From: a virus
Lineage: Duplodnaviria; Heunggongvirae; Uroviricota; Caudoviricetes
DNA length: 64,000 bases
Virus record (IMG/VR): IMGVR_UViG_3300021387_000463
Span: 267,001-331,000 of that record
Direction: 5' to 3' (one strand)
Shown one piece after another: positions 36,086 through 46,400 of this stretch; positions within the stretch are counted from its first letter, which is position 1, and every line of letters begins with the position of its first letter. The position numbers and the translations under genes were made by a program. The notes beneath the pieces are model-generated. The model ran no database searches and was not told where the DNA came from. It was given only the letters and a program-made list of their open reading frames with translations.

Positions 36086-38401
36086 ATGGCAAAAAAGCGA
36101 TATATTAGACATTTGGAGTATTATGGTTTTCCAGACCAAAATGGATACTCTAGTGAGATAAACGGTGTTGACTTGTCAGACATCCGTGAGAAAAACAAGG
36201 AGCAAGACGAAGAAATCCAAGACCTTGAGGGTGAAAAGGCTGACAAGAAAGACCTTCTTTCACTTAGTGGAACTGTTGAAAACTTTATCACACGTCAATC
36301 AGAAATCAACCAAGAATTCGCTGATGCCATTAGTGGAATGTCTGGTGACATTGAGGAGCTAAAGAAAATTGACACTGAGTTTGCTGAACAACTTAGTGCA
36401 ATAACTAGTGGCGTAGATGAAGCGATGGATGCCATCGAGATTCTTGATGAGAGAGTTGATAATGTTGAGGACAATCTTAGCGGCTTAAGCGAGACTGTAA
36501 ACGAGATAATCGAGGATTACGCTAAAAAAGATGATGTTTATTCCAAGGAAGAAATAGACGATATGATTTCTAGCGGTTTCAGTGGATATGCAACACAGGA
36601 ATGGGTAGAGGAACAAGGTTATCTAACTGAGGAAAGCGGTGATACAAGATATGCTAAGATTGAAGACCTTCAAGATTTGGCTAATCAAGTTGAAAGTGCT
36701 GCAACAAATATTGACGAAATTAATGATAAGATTGATACACTGAATAATGACCTTAGTGCATTCAGTGATGATGTTTCTGATGCATTGTCTGACATTAACG
36801 ATGCAGTTAGTGGTATTAACAATTCTATCAATGATATCAATGATAAGGTGGATGGCATCACCAGTGACATTGGAGAGCTTGCTGAAATTGTAAGTGGTAA
36901 CACAAATGCAATTGGAGAGCTTAATGGACTTGTGGCTGAAAATGCTGAAGCCATAAATAATCTTGATGATAGAGTTGATGAACTTGAAGAAGCTGTAAGC
37001 GCATTGACTGCTGATGTAGAGGAACTTGATACTAAGAAAGCTGACAAATCTACAGTCTATGATTTGAGGGAAGAAATGTTACATGGTTTGAGTGAGCTTG
37101 AAAACAAGAAGGCTAACAAGACAGACCTTGAAGCTGTAAGTGGAGCTGTTGATGCCCTCGATGCTAAGATTGATGCTGAGATTGCAAGGTCAACAAGTGC
37201 TGATACTGCAATGCAGAACAAAATTGACGAACTTGATGCCGATGTACAGGAGGCTGTTGAGACAGTTGAATCTTATGGCGATAGGATAGATGAAGTTGAG
37301 AGGGGTCTCGCACAAGAGATAATCGACAGGAAGAACGGTGATATTGCACTCATTGGAACAAGTAGTGATGATACTGATGAGGATACAATTTGGGCAGCTA
37401 AGAACCTTGCTGAACAATACAAAGATGAGGCAATAGCAAGTGCTAAGACATATACCGATAACAAGATTTCAGTGGTTAATGGTGAAATTCAGAATATAGA
37501 AAATAGAATTGACCAGAAACTCACACATTATGCAACTGAGGCTTTCGTAATATCTGCTTGCAACGACACTGAGACTGAGGTAAGAAATGAATTTACAACA
37601 GCCATTAACAATGAGACCCAGAGAGCTGAACGTGCTGAATCAAATATTGAGGTTGAGATACAGTCATTGCTAGTACAGATTTTATCAAATAAGGACCATA
37701 TCTCGAACAATTCATCAAGGCTTAACGCTATAACAAGATGGCAAGGAACTAATCCAGAAGAATATGATGACAGTGGAAATGGCATACTTGATGTCCTTCA
37801 TAGAGAATTCCATGAATATGAGAAAACTCACGGTGCTATAAAAAATATAGAATTTGTTGATGGTAATCTTATAATTACATATGAAACTCCAGAAGGGGAG
37901 AAACAAGAAATTATTCCAATCAGTGAGTTAATAATTCTTGATGATTATTATAAAAAAGAAGAAACCGATGCACTTCTTGCTGAGAAACTTGATGCATCAG
38001 CATACACTGACATCAGTGAACAAGTAAGTGCAAATACTGACAACATAGAGGCATTAAGCGGTGATGTTGTCAACCTTGATTCAGCACTTGCAACACTAAT
38101 AGAGAAACTTGGGTATAAGAATAATGATACACTTATAACCAATAATGAGCATGAAGTTGCATTTGGAGAATATAATGTAAGTCACGAAAGTGAAGAATCT
38201 TCTGGACAAACCATATTCAGTATAGGTAATGGAACAGATGGCGAGAACAGAAGCAACGCTGTTGAGGTAAGGAAAAATGGCGATGTGTATCTTTGGATTG
38301 AAGGAGAATTCATGAACATTAATAAGCTTCTAGGACAGATAGCGCATGAAGTTTATGATAATGATTCGACACATAACAGTCATTTCTTTGATGGCGACTA
38401 A
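36086..38401 (+). CDS. Long coiled-coil fibre protein
   Basis: Heptad-rich acidic body; C-terminal FSIGNGT...RSNA.EVRKNGDVY module shared with 48538. Confidence 0.65.
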   Translation: MAKKRYIRHLEYYGFPDQNGYSSEINGVDLSDIREKNKEQDEEIQDLEGEKADKKDLLSLSGTVENFITRQSEINQEFADAISGMSGDIEELKKIDTEFAEQLSAITSGVDEAMDAIEILDERVDNVEDNLSGLSETVNEIIEDYAKKDDVYSKEEIDDMISSGFSGYATQEWVEEQGYLTEESGDTRYAKIEDLQDLANQVESAATNIDEINDKIDTLNNDLSAFSDDVSDALSDINDAVSGINNSINDINDKVDGITSDIGELAEIVSGNTNAIGELNGLVAENAEAINNLDDRVDELEEAVSALTADVEELDTKKADKSTVYDLREEMLHGLSELENKKANKTDLEAVSGAVDALDAKIDAEIARSTSADTAMQNKIDELDADVQEAVETVESYGDRIDEVERGLAQEIIDRKNGDIALIGTSSDDTDEDTIWAAKNLAEQYKDEAIASAKTYTDNKISVVNGEIQNIENRIDQKLTHYATEAFVISACNDTETEVRNEFTTAINNETQRAERAESNIEVEIQSLLVQILSNKDHISNNSSRLNAITRWQGTNPEEYDDSGNGILDVLHREFHEYEKTHGAIKNIEFVDGNLIITYETPEGEKQEIIPISELIILDDYYKKEETDALLAEKLDASAYTDISEQVSANTDNIEALSGDVVNLDSALATLIEKLGYKNNDTLITNNEHEVAFGEYNVSHESEESSGQTIFSIGNGTDGENRSNAVEVRKNGDVYLWIEGEFMNINKLLGQIAHEVYDNDSTHNSHFFDGD

Positions 38402-38439
38402 TATGAATAATAATTTTCTTACAAAAAAAACATTATAAG

Positions 38440-40131
38440 ATGAAAAGAAAAACTAGAATGTATGAGCCTTGGGGCTATCAAGACGAGAATAATTACCAAG
38501 GAGCAGGAACTATCCTTGAAAATGATTTGGAATCATTCTTCGCTGATGCTAAGTATAATAAGGATGATAATAAAATCCATTTCCAGAACAAGGACGGTGA
38601 AGAAGTAGGCTCACTTGATGTGAACGAATTCGTCAAGTCTGATAGCATTGTCGAAGAGGCAAAATATGAAGATGGTAAAATCATAATCAAGTTTACCAAT
38701 GGTGATGTTATTACAATTAACGTTGAGGAACTTATTGATGAAAATGAATTTGTTGATGGTCTTCAAGTTATAGAAGGACAAGTTTCTGTAAAAAGAAATG
38801 CTGAGTCTGATAATTATTTCACAGTTGATACTGACGGCATTAAGATTGCTGGTATAAAGGCTGATATTGATGCTGAAGAAGCAAGGGCAACGTCTGCTGA
38901 AACAGCACTTGACGAGAAGATTGATGCTGAAATCGCAAGGGCAAGTGGCGAGGAACAGAGAATTGACGAGAAGATTGATGACGAAGTTGCACGTGCTGAA
39001 GCAGCAGAACAAGCACTTGATGAGAAGGTTAGTGTTGAAAAGGGACGTGCTGAAACTGCTGAAGCGAATCTTAGCAGAAGGGCTGATACGCTTAATGATG
39101 AACTTGATGCCGAAAAAACTGTAAGGGAATCAGAAGATGTAAAACTCGACAGAAAGATTAACACTGAAATTGATGATAGAAAAGCAGATGTTGATGAGGA
39201 AGAGGCTCGTGCAAAAGCAGCAGAACAAGCATTGCAAGGCGCAATTAATGATGAGAAAACACGTGCAGAGGCAAAAGAAACGGCTCTACAAGATTCAATC
39301 GATGCTGAGAAAGCAAGGGCACTTTCTGCTGAGACTGATTTGCAAGATGCAATTGACTTGAAGGCAGACAAGGAGACAACCTACACCAAGGAAGAGGTTG
39401 ATGCATTAATTGCTGAGAAAGAGGCTGAGATTGTTCAGATTAAGAAGGATTACACTGATTTGAAGGAAATTGTGGCTGAAATTGGTGGAAACGTAGAGTG
39501 GGGGGTTCCTGCTGACGGCACGTTCAACAATATGATGAAGAAGAGTGGTACTGTTAAATTAGGAGAGAACACAACAACATCAACATACGCTGGTGGAATT
39601 ACGTCTAAGAATGATACAACATTGAATTTAAACGGAAAGAACCTTACATTTAGTGGACAAACTACAACTAACCCTGGTATTATGACAAGAGGAAAGCAAA
39701 AACTTACCATTATGGGCAAGGGTACTATTGATGCTGCTGGACGTATTGCTGTTGAGGCAAATGGTGCTGATACAGTAATCAACTTAAGTGGTACAACTGG
39801 ATTCTTTGCTGCTGAACCTACTTATGTAACTGACAGAAGTGGTGGTGAACTTATCTATTGCTATCTTGGTACAATCAACATATATGCTGGTGTATTCAAG
39901 AACAACGGTGATGACAAGAAATTCTTATTGAACTGCTATGATGCTAATCGTGCAGATGGAACGGCTAAGATTGTTGTATATGGTGGCAAGTTCTATGACT
40001 TTGACCCAGGAAATAATACTGCTGAGGGACCTGGCACATCATTCCTTGCTGAAGGCTATCACACTGAGGCAAGCACTGTTATTGAAGAGGATGTTGAGCA
40101 CACTGTATATACGGTTAAGAAGGATGCTTAA
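38440..40131 (+). CDS. Fibre protein: E..RA..AE coiled-coil repeats plus C-terminal beta-helix-like domain
   Basis: ~18-aa IDAExARAxxAExAL repeats; LNLNGKNL, LNCYD, VYGGKFYDFDP. Confidence 0.65.
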   Translation: MKRKTRMYEPWGYQDENNYQGAGTILENDLESFFADAKYNKDDNKIHFQNKDGEEVGSLDVNEFVKSDSIVEEAKYEDGKIIIKFTNGDVITINVEELIDENEFVDGLQVIEGQVSVKRNAESDNYFTVDTDGIKIAGIKADIDAEEARATSAETALDEKIDAEIARASGEEQRIDEKIDDEVARAEAAEQALDEKVSVEKGRAETAEANLSRRADTLNDELDAEKTVRESEDVKLDRKINTEIDDRKADVDEEEARAKAAEQALQGAINDEKTRAEAKETALQDSIDAEKARALSAETDLQDAIDLKADKETTYTKEEVDALIAEKEAEIVQIKKDYTDLKEIVAEIGGNVEWGVPADGTFNNMMKKSGTVKLGENTTTSTYAGGITSKNDTTLNLNGKNLTFSGQTTTNPGIMTRGKQKLTIMGKGTIDAAGRIAVEANGADTVINLSGTTGFFAAEPTYVTDRSGGELIYCYLGTINIYAGVFKNNGDDKKFLLNCYDANRADGTAKIVVYGGKFYDFDPGNNTAEGPGTSFLAEGYHTEASTVIEEDVEHTVYTVKKDA

Positions 40132-40248
40132 TGAATGCATAATCTATAATAAATGGGATAATCTTTATTGGCTATCCCATTTTTGTTTATGTGTGAAATA
40201 TTTATCTATAATGAAAATAACTTATTAAAAAATATTAAATAAAGAATT

Positions 40249-41373
40249 ATGGCAGTTTATTTAAAAGAATTCAGTACCCACTCTGAGTACGAACAGTACA
40301 TCAACGGTAGTGATGCAATACTACCTAATGTATCATTATGCGCAACAGAAGGTGATGTGTATTATAATCCTTATGTTGAACCACCTTTTTTCTGTAAACT
40401 TACATTAAATGATGGCAGTACAGTTGAACTTGAAGGTAGTGGAGTATTAACCTCTGATATGACAAGTGGCTATAAATCAACACTTATAAGTGCTGAAATT
40501 GGAGAATTATGTACAAGTATTGAGGGTTCTACTCTTATAAGAGATGCCACTTTCTCAAATTGTAGTGGTCTTACAAGTGTAACAATAGGTAATAGCGTTA
40601 CAAGTATCGGTAATGGTACTTTTCGGAATTGTAGTGGCCTTACAAGTGTAACAATAGGTAATGGTGTTACAAGTATTGGTAATAATGATTTCAATGGATG
40701 TAGTAGTCTTAGAAGTTGTACTATAGGTACTAGTGTTACAAGTATTGGTGAAGGTGCTTTCAGTGGCTGTAGTAGTCTTACAAGTATAGATATACCAAAC
40801 AGTGTTACAACTATTGGTCAGAATGCTTTCGAGAGATGTACTAGCCTTACAAGTGTGGTAATACCAGATAGTGTTACAAGTATTGGTAATGATGCTTTCT
40901 CATATTGTAGTAGTCTTACAAGTTGTACAATAGGTAGTGGCGTTACAAGTATTGGTACTTATGCTTTCTATGGTTGTAGCAGTCTTACAAGTATATCTAT
41001 ACCAAGTGGTGTTAAAACTATTAGTGGTAATACTTTCTATAATTGTAATGGTCTAACAAGTGTAACAATAGGTAATAGTGTTACAGAAATTGGACCTTTT
41101 GCTTTCAATGGATGTAGTAGTCTAACAAGTATAGACATACCAAATAGTGTTACAAGTATTGATAATGGTGCTTTCTATGATTGTAATGGTCTAACAAGTA
41201 TAACCGTAAGAGCAACAACGCCACCAAAATTAAATGTTTTTTATCATGGTGCTCCTAGAGCATTCGATAACACTAATGACTGTTCAATCTATGTTCCAAG
41301 TGGAAGTGTAGAAACATATAAGTCAGCAAGTGATTGGAGTACCTATGTGGATAGAATCCAAGCAATACAATAA
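40249..41373 (+). CDS. BspA-type leucine-rich repeat (LRR_5) protein
   Basis: ~10 copies of C.SLTS..I(P/G).SVTSIG..AF; cap TPP.L...IYVP..SV..YK.A..W. Confidence 0.9.
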   Translation: MAVYLKEFSTHSEYEQYINGSDAILPNVSLCATEGDVYYNPYVEPPFFCKLTLNDGSTVELEGSGVLTSDMTSGYKSTLISAEIGELCTSIEGSTLIRDATFSNCSGLTSVTIGNSVTSIGNGTFRNCSGLTSVTIGNGVTSIGNNDFNGCSSLRSCTIGTSVTSIGEGAFSGCSSLTSIDIPNSVTTIGQNAFERCTSLTSVVIPDSVTSIGNDAFSYCSSLTSCTIGSGVTSIGTYAFYGCSSLTSISIPSGVKTISGNTFYNCNGLTSVTIGNSVTEIGPFAFNGCSSLTSIDIPNSVTSIDNGAFYDCNGLTSITVRATTPPKLNVFYHGAPRAFDNTNDCSIYVPSGSVETYKSASDWSTYVDRIQAIQ

Positions 41374-41455
41374 TTTATACATTATAAACTATTCAGATAT
41401 TTATTATTAACGTAAAATTAGAAAAATTAATAAATCAATAAACATTTAAAAAATT

Positions 41456-43336
41456 ATGGCTATAACTCAAAACAATGTAGAGAACGTTAAGTTCTTAAGA
41501 AACCAAAATCCTTTTGAGTCACGTGAAGCTGCACGTACCGCTTTGGAGAACAATAAGGGTGTAGCAGCCGATGGTACTGCGTTGCTTGCTCGTTATACGA
41601 CAAGTGGCGAGGTTAAGACAATCGTTGGTTTTGTTTATGTGACAGGCGAAACGCATAACATAACAATCTTCGATACTGAGGGCGCTAGTGGTGATGTTGA
41701 GGCATTAAGAAGAGAGATTAATGCTAAACTTGGCGATGGTGTTACATCAGCAAATACCGCAACAGCACAGCTCGCTGCATTAAGTGGTAATAACAGTTCA
41801 ACAAGTGCTGAGACATCCGTTGAAGGTGCTAAGAGGTACGCTGATGAATTAAAGAATCAGATGGATTACACTGGTGTTACAACTGGTGATGGCGTTTATG
41901 TAACAAATGTAACGCAGTCTGATGGTATTGTATCTGCAACAACAGCAACCCTTCCAACCGTAACTGGCGAGGTTGAGTCTAAGAAGGTTGTAATGAGCGT
42001 ATCTGAGGACAAGGGTGAAATTGCTGTCACTAAGGGCACTATTGAGTCTTCTGATAAGACTGTTGTAATAGGCGATTTAACTGAAGGTAATGGTATTGAT
42101 TTCAAAGTTAATATTGATAATGATACTCTTGTTGCTGATGAGAGTACTGGTGTAATAAGTGTTGCTTCTACTGCACTTACACAGTATGTTGGCGATGAGG
42201 ACACAATCCATATTTCTGCTGCTGATGCGCAGAACAACAAGACAGTTAGTTCACTATTGACAATTAAAGAAGTATCAACAGGTGTTCCAGATACCGTAGC
42301 ACATAGATATATGCTAGCTGGTACTGGTACAACTAAAATTGGTGAATACATCGACATTCCAAAAGATAGTGCTCTTGTAAATTTCTATCTTGGTCATGTT
42401 GATGACCTTTTGGAAGGCACAACAGCCCAGACTGAAGAATCAACAACTTCAACTGTAGTTCCAGGTAGTGGTGACACTGCACTTGTATGGATTATGCAAC
42501 TTGCTAATGGTAAGTACAAGCTTACAGCAGTAGACGTTCATTCATTTATTGATGAGGCTGAATTTGCAAGTGGTGTTACTTGGGATTCTACAGACAAGAA
42601 GGTTAAGGGCGTTGTTGACTCAACTTCAGAAAAGGATTCACAAAGCACTCCAGTTGATTTCTTGACAGTTGGAGAGAATGGCTTCAAGATTAGTGGAATT
42701 AAGGATGAAATTGATAGAAAGATTAATGTTCTTGATGCAACAGGTGGAACACAGACAATAGCAACTGACAAACATATTGCTGTTGAGGTTATTGAGGCTA
42801 ATGGCTTGATTACAACCGTTACCGTAACTGAGGACAACATTGCTGATGCTGATGACCTTGCAGAACTTAGTGGTAAAACAATTACAGCTATAACATCTAC
42901 AAATGGTAGTATTACAGCATCAATCAGTAATGAAGATGGTAACAAGACTGCTGATATTCAGACTGACGCTGACAAGATTCAGATGAGTGGCTTCTCTGCT
43001 GGTAACACTACTGCATTGAGTGGTATTGCTGAGTCTGATTCAATTGCAACCGCATTTGAGAAGACAAATACTGTTATCACAGAGAACGAGAGAGTTACTG
43101 CTGCTGCATTAACAGGACTTGATGGAAGACTTGATGTAGTTGAGGCTGAGTACATCAGTGGTGTATCTGTAAATGGTCATGATGTAACTGTTGCTAACAA
43201 GGTTGCTCCTATTTCAATCACTGCTGCGACTTCTGCTGCAACTGCTACAAGCACTGAGGCAATCGTTGTTGATACCGATGCAAATGGCAATATTACCCTT
43301 GGAATTGCAAATATTGATTGTGGCTACTATGCATAA
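41456..43336 (+). CDS. Thr/Ser-rich fibre/virion protein (paralog of 52937)
   Basis: Shares LRN..., LARY, IDIPKD and DCG[YF] motifs with 52937. Confidence 0.65.
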   Translation: MAITQNNVENVKFLRNQNPFESREAARTALENNKGVAADGTALLARYTTSGEVKTIVGFVYVTGETHNITIFDTEGASGDVEALRREINAKLGDGVTSANTATAQLAALSGNNSSTSAETSVEGAKRYADELKNQMDYTGVTTGDGVYVTNVTQSDGIVSATTATLPTVTGEVESKKVVMSVSEDKGEIAVTKGTIESSDKTVVIGDLTEGNGIDFKVNIDNDTLVADESTGVISVASTALTQYVGDEDTIHISAADAQNNKTVSSLLTIKEVSTGVPDTVAHRYMLAGTGTTKIGEYIDIPKDSALVNFYLGHVDDLLEGTTAQTEESTTSTVVPGSGDTALVWIMQLANGKYKLTAVDVHSFIDEAEFASGVTWDSTDKKVKGVVDSTSEKDSQSTPVDFLTVGENGFKISGIKDEIDRKINVLDATGGTQTIATDKHIAVEVIEANGLITTVTVTEDNIADADDLAELSGKTITAITSTNGSITASISNEDGNKTADIQTDADKIQMSGFSAGNTTALSGIAESDSIATAFEKTNTVITENERVTAAALTGLDGRLDVVEAEYISGVSVNGHDVTVANKVAPISITAATSAATATSTEAIVVDTDANGNITLGIANIDCGYYA

Positions 43337-43439
43337 TCTAAGTTTCTTTAAATAACTCTTTATATTAAAATGGATAATCTGTATGGGTTATCCATTTTTT
43401 ATTCTTGGGAAAATATTTATAGAGAAATGAATTTTATAT

Positions 43440-46400
43440 ATGAAATATTTTAGGATATTTAATTACACAAATGATTACATTGAATATATGGCACAAGAAG
43501 GTGCTGTAGTTCCAAATATATCATATTGTTCTGGAGATAGTAAGACGTATATAACAGCTGGTAAACCATCTCCAACATGCACTTTGGTTATAGAAGGAGC
43601 GTCAGAAATAATTGCTGAAACCTGTAAATATAACGCAATGTGCGGTGGTAATGATGTCACATCATCTGCCGTATGGAGCATTATAAGTGGTTCTGATTAT
43701 GCAACGATAGATGCAACAAACGGTAAGATTACAATTTCATCTACAGCAAGTGAATCTCCTGTTACAATACAAGCGGCATATAATGGTCAAACTGCAACGA
43801 AGGAAATAACATTGACATATCAAAGTGGTTCTTCTGCTGAAACAACAACTGAGGTTGTAACTGATGAAAGCGGAAACACCACAACAGTTGTCACAACAGT
43901 GACAGAGAATGAAGACGGTTCTTCAACTGAGGTTGTAGAGTCAGTTGTGACAGACAGTGAAGGAAATGTCATTGGTAGCACAGAGAAAAGCAAGGAAACA
44001 AATTCAGATGGCTCATATACAAGTAATGAGACAAACTATGATGCCAATGGTAATGCAACTGATGGTACTAACATAACTGGAGATACTGATGGCAACGTAA
44101 GCACACAAGATGTTAAATATGATGAAAGTGGCAATACAATTGTCACTGGATATGATATTGACACAAGCGGAAATCCACATGGAGTGAAGGAGTTTAGAGC
44201 AGATGGTGTTAATACAGAATACTATGCTCTTGATGTTACACAAGGCTTTGTGATGGATATTCACTTTACAATAGATTTTACAAATCAGCCACCAAATCAA
44301 AGTGACAATCATCATAACATAATCAATTCAAAGAGGGCAACGCCAGCGCCTTGGTATGGTTTTCAAGTAAGGCAAACTCAAACAAACAAGTATATACAAC
44401 TTGGTACACAGTTCTCAACTGGCAGTAATGCGAACACAACAATAACAACAACAAATGCAAACAAATATAATGGTTCATCAAACATATATGAATATAATTT
44501 GCATATAGTGTATAACCCAACTGCTAGTACAAATAAGTTTACTTGTGATGAACTAATCGGTAATGCATTCAACTATACATCAAACAATACATTCCCAGAC
44601 ATTGAGGATTTGAAATATATTAAGACAACAGTTGGCTGTGCATTGGATGAAAACGGAGACCCATTCAGATTCTCAAACATTGATGTGTTCAGTTTTTCAA
44701 TTAAGAAACTTACCAACGTTAGTGAGCCAGTAATAGATTGTGACGGTCAGTATATTACAATAACTTGTGAAACTGTAGGTGCTGACATTCATTATAGGCT
44801 TAATGAGGTTGGCGTATATGCTAAGTATACAGAGCCAATAGCGATTACTGCTGACACACTTGTTCAAGCATATGCTGAACTTGAAGGTGACAAGAGTAAT
44901 ACTGTAAGCAAGAACTGCTTATATGATAATGGTATCGCAACACCAGTTATCACTTGTGATGGAGAATATGTGTCAATCGCTTGTGCAACAACTGATGCTG
45001 AACTTTATTACAGAATGAACGAAACTGGAACGTATAGTGTATATACTGATTCATTTGAGATAACTGCAACAACAGTTGTTGAGGCATATGCTCAAGTTGG
45101 AACTGAGGTTGGACATACTGCAAAGGAAACATGTACTTATAGCCCTGTTGTATTGGTAGCCCCAACTGTTATCTTCAACGGAGAGGAAATATCTTTGGCT
45201 TGTGAGACAGCAAGTGCAACCATAAACTATAGATTAAACCAAGAAGGAACTTATCAAGTTTATACTACTCCAATAGTAATTACTGCTGATACTCTTGTTG
45301 AAACATATTCATCATATAGAGGACGTGTAAGTTCTGTTGTAACGCAAAACTGTGAATATAGTCCAGTACACCATTATGAAAATGACTATTTGACATTTAG
45401 AATAACAAGTGCAGGAACAATTTGTTGGAAATCTGTTGGAAGCGGATATGCGAAAACAATTGAGTATAGCCTTAACGGTGGAGAATGGACTTCCATAACA
45501 GCAGCATCAACACCACCATCGATAAATGTGGCGGCTGGTGATGTTATAAGATTCAAGGGAACAAATACATCATACGCTGGAAGTAAATCAAATTATGCTT
45601 CATTCGGAAAAGATACTAGTGGGTCTACAGACATAGGTTCAACTGCTCATTTTGTGGCTGAAGGTAATGTAATGTCACTCATTTATGGAGATAATTTCAT
45701 TGGAAATACAGCAATGACAGGAACATACAATTTCTGTTCATTATTTAAGCGTACAAATATAGAGTCTGCTGAGAATTTAGTATTACCGTCAACAACGTTG
45801 ACAGAATATTGCTATCGTGCAATGTTCAGTTGGTGTACCGAATTAGCAGTTGCTCCTCAATTACCAGCCACAACATTGGCAAAAGGTGTTTATTGGTATA
45901 TGTTTGAGAAGTGTGCAATAACTGAAGCACCAGAACTTCTTGCTGAACATTTAGTAGCAGAATGTTATGGGGATATGTTTATTAATTGCGCAAGCCTTAA
46001 CTTTATTAAATGTATGGCAATTGATGGATTTAACACAACCAACTGTAAGCAGAATTGGGTTAGTGGTGTTACATCAAGCGGTACATTCGTAAAGGATAGT
46101 GGAGTTTCTGTAGATACTTGGAGTAGAGGAGCAAACGGTATTCCAACCAATTGGTTAGTGTATGATAACGTTCCAGTTGTTCCACCTACAATTACATATG
46201 ATGGATTCAGTGTAATAACATTAACTTGTGATACACAAGGTGCTGACATATATTATAGATTGAATAATAGTGGGGAATATAGTGCATATACAACCGCTAT
46301 AACGATAACAGCAGATACCATTATACAGACATATTCAGAATTAAACGGACAAGAGAGTAGAACTGTGTCTCAGACTTGTCAATATGTAAGTGATGTACCT

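Noticed and set aside
40540-41210. 69-bp periodic repeats here and at 55480-55880 as a non-coding array or a DGR TR/VR pair
   Set aside because: They are 23-aa BspA LRR coding repeats, and their differences are not restricted to adenines.
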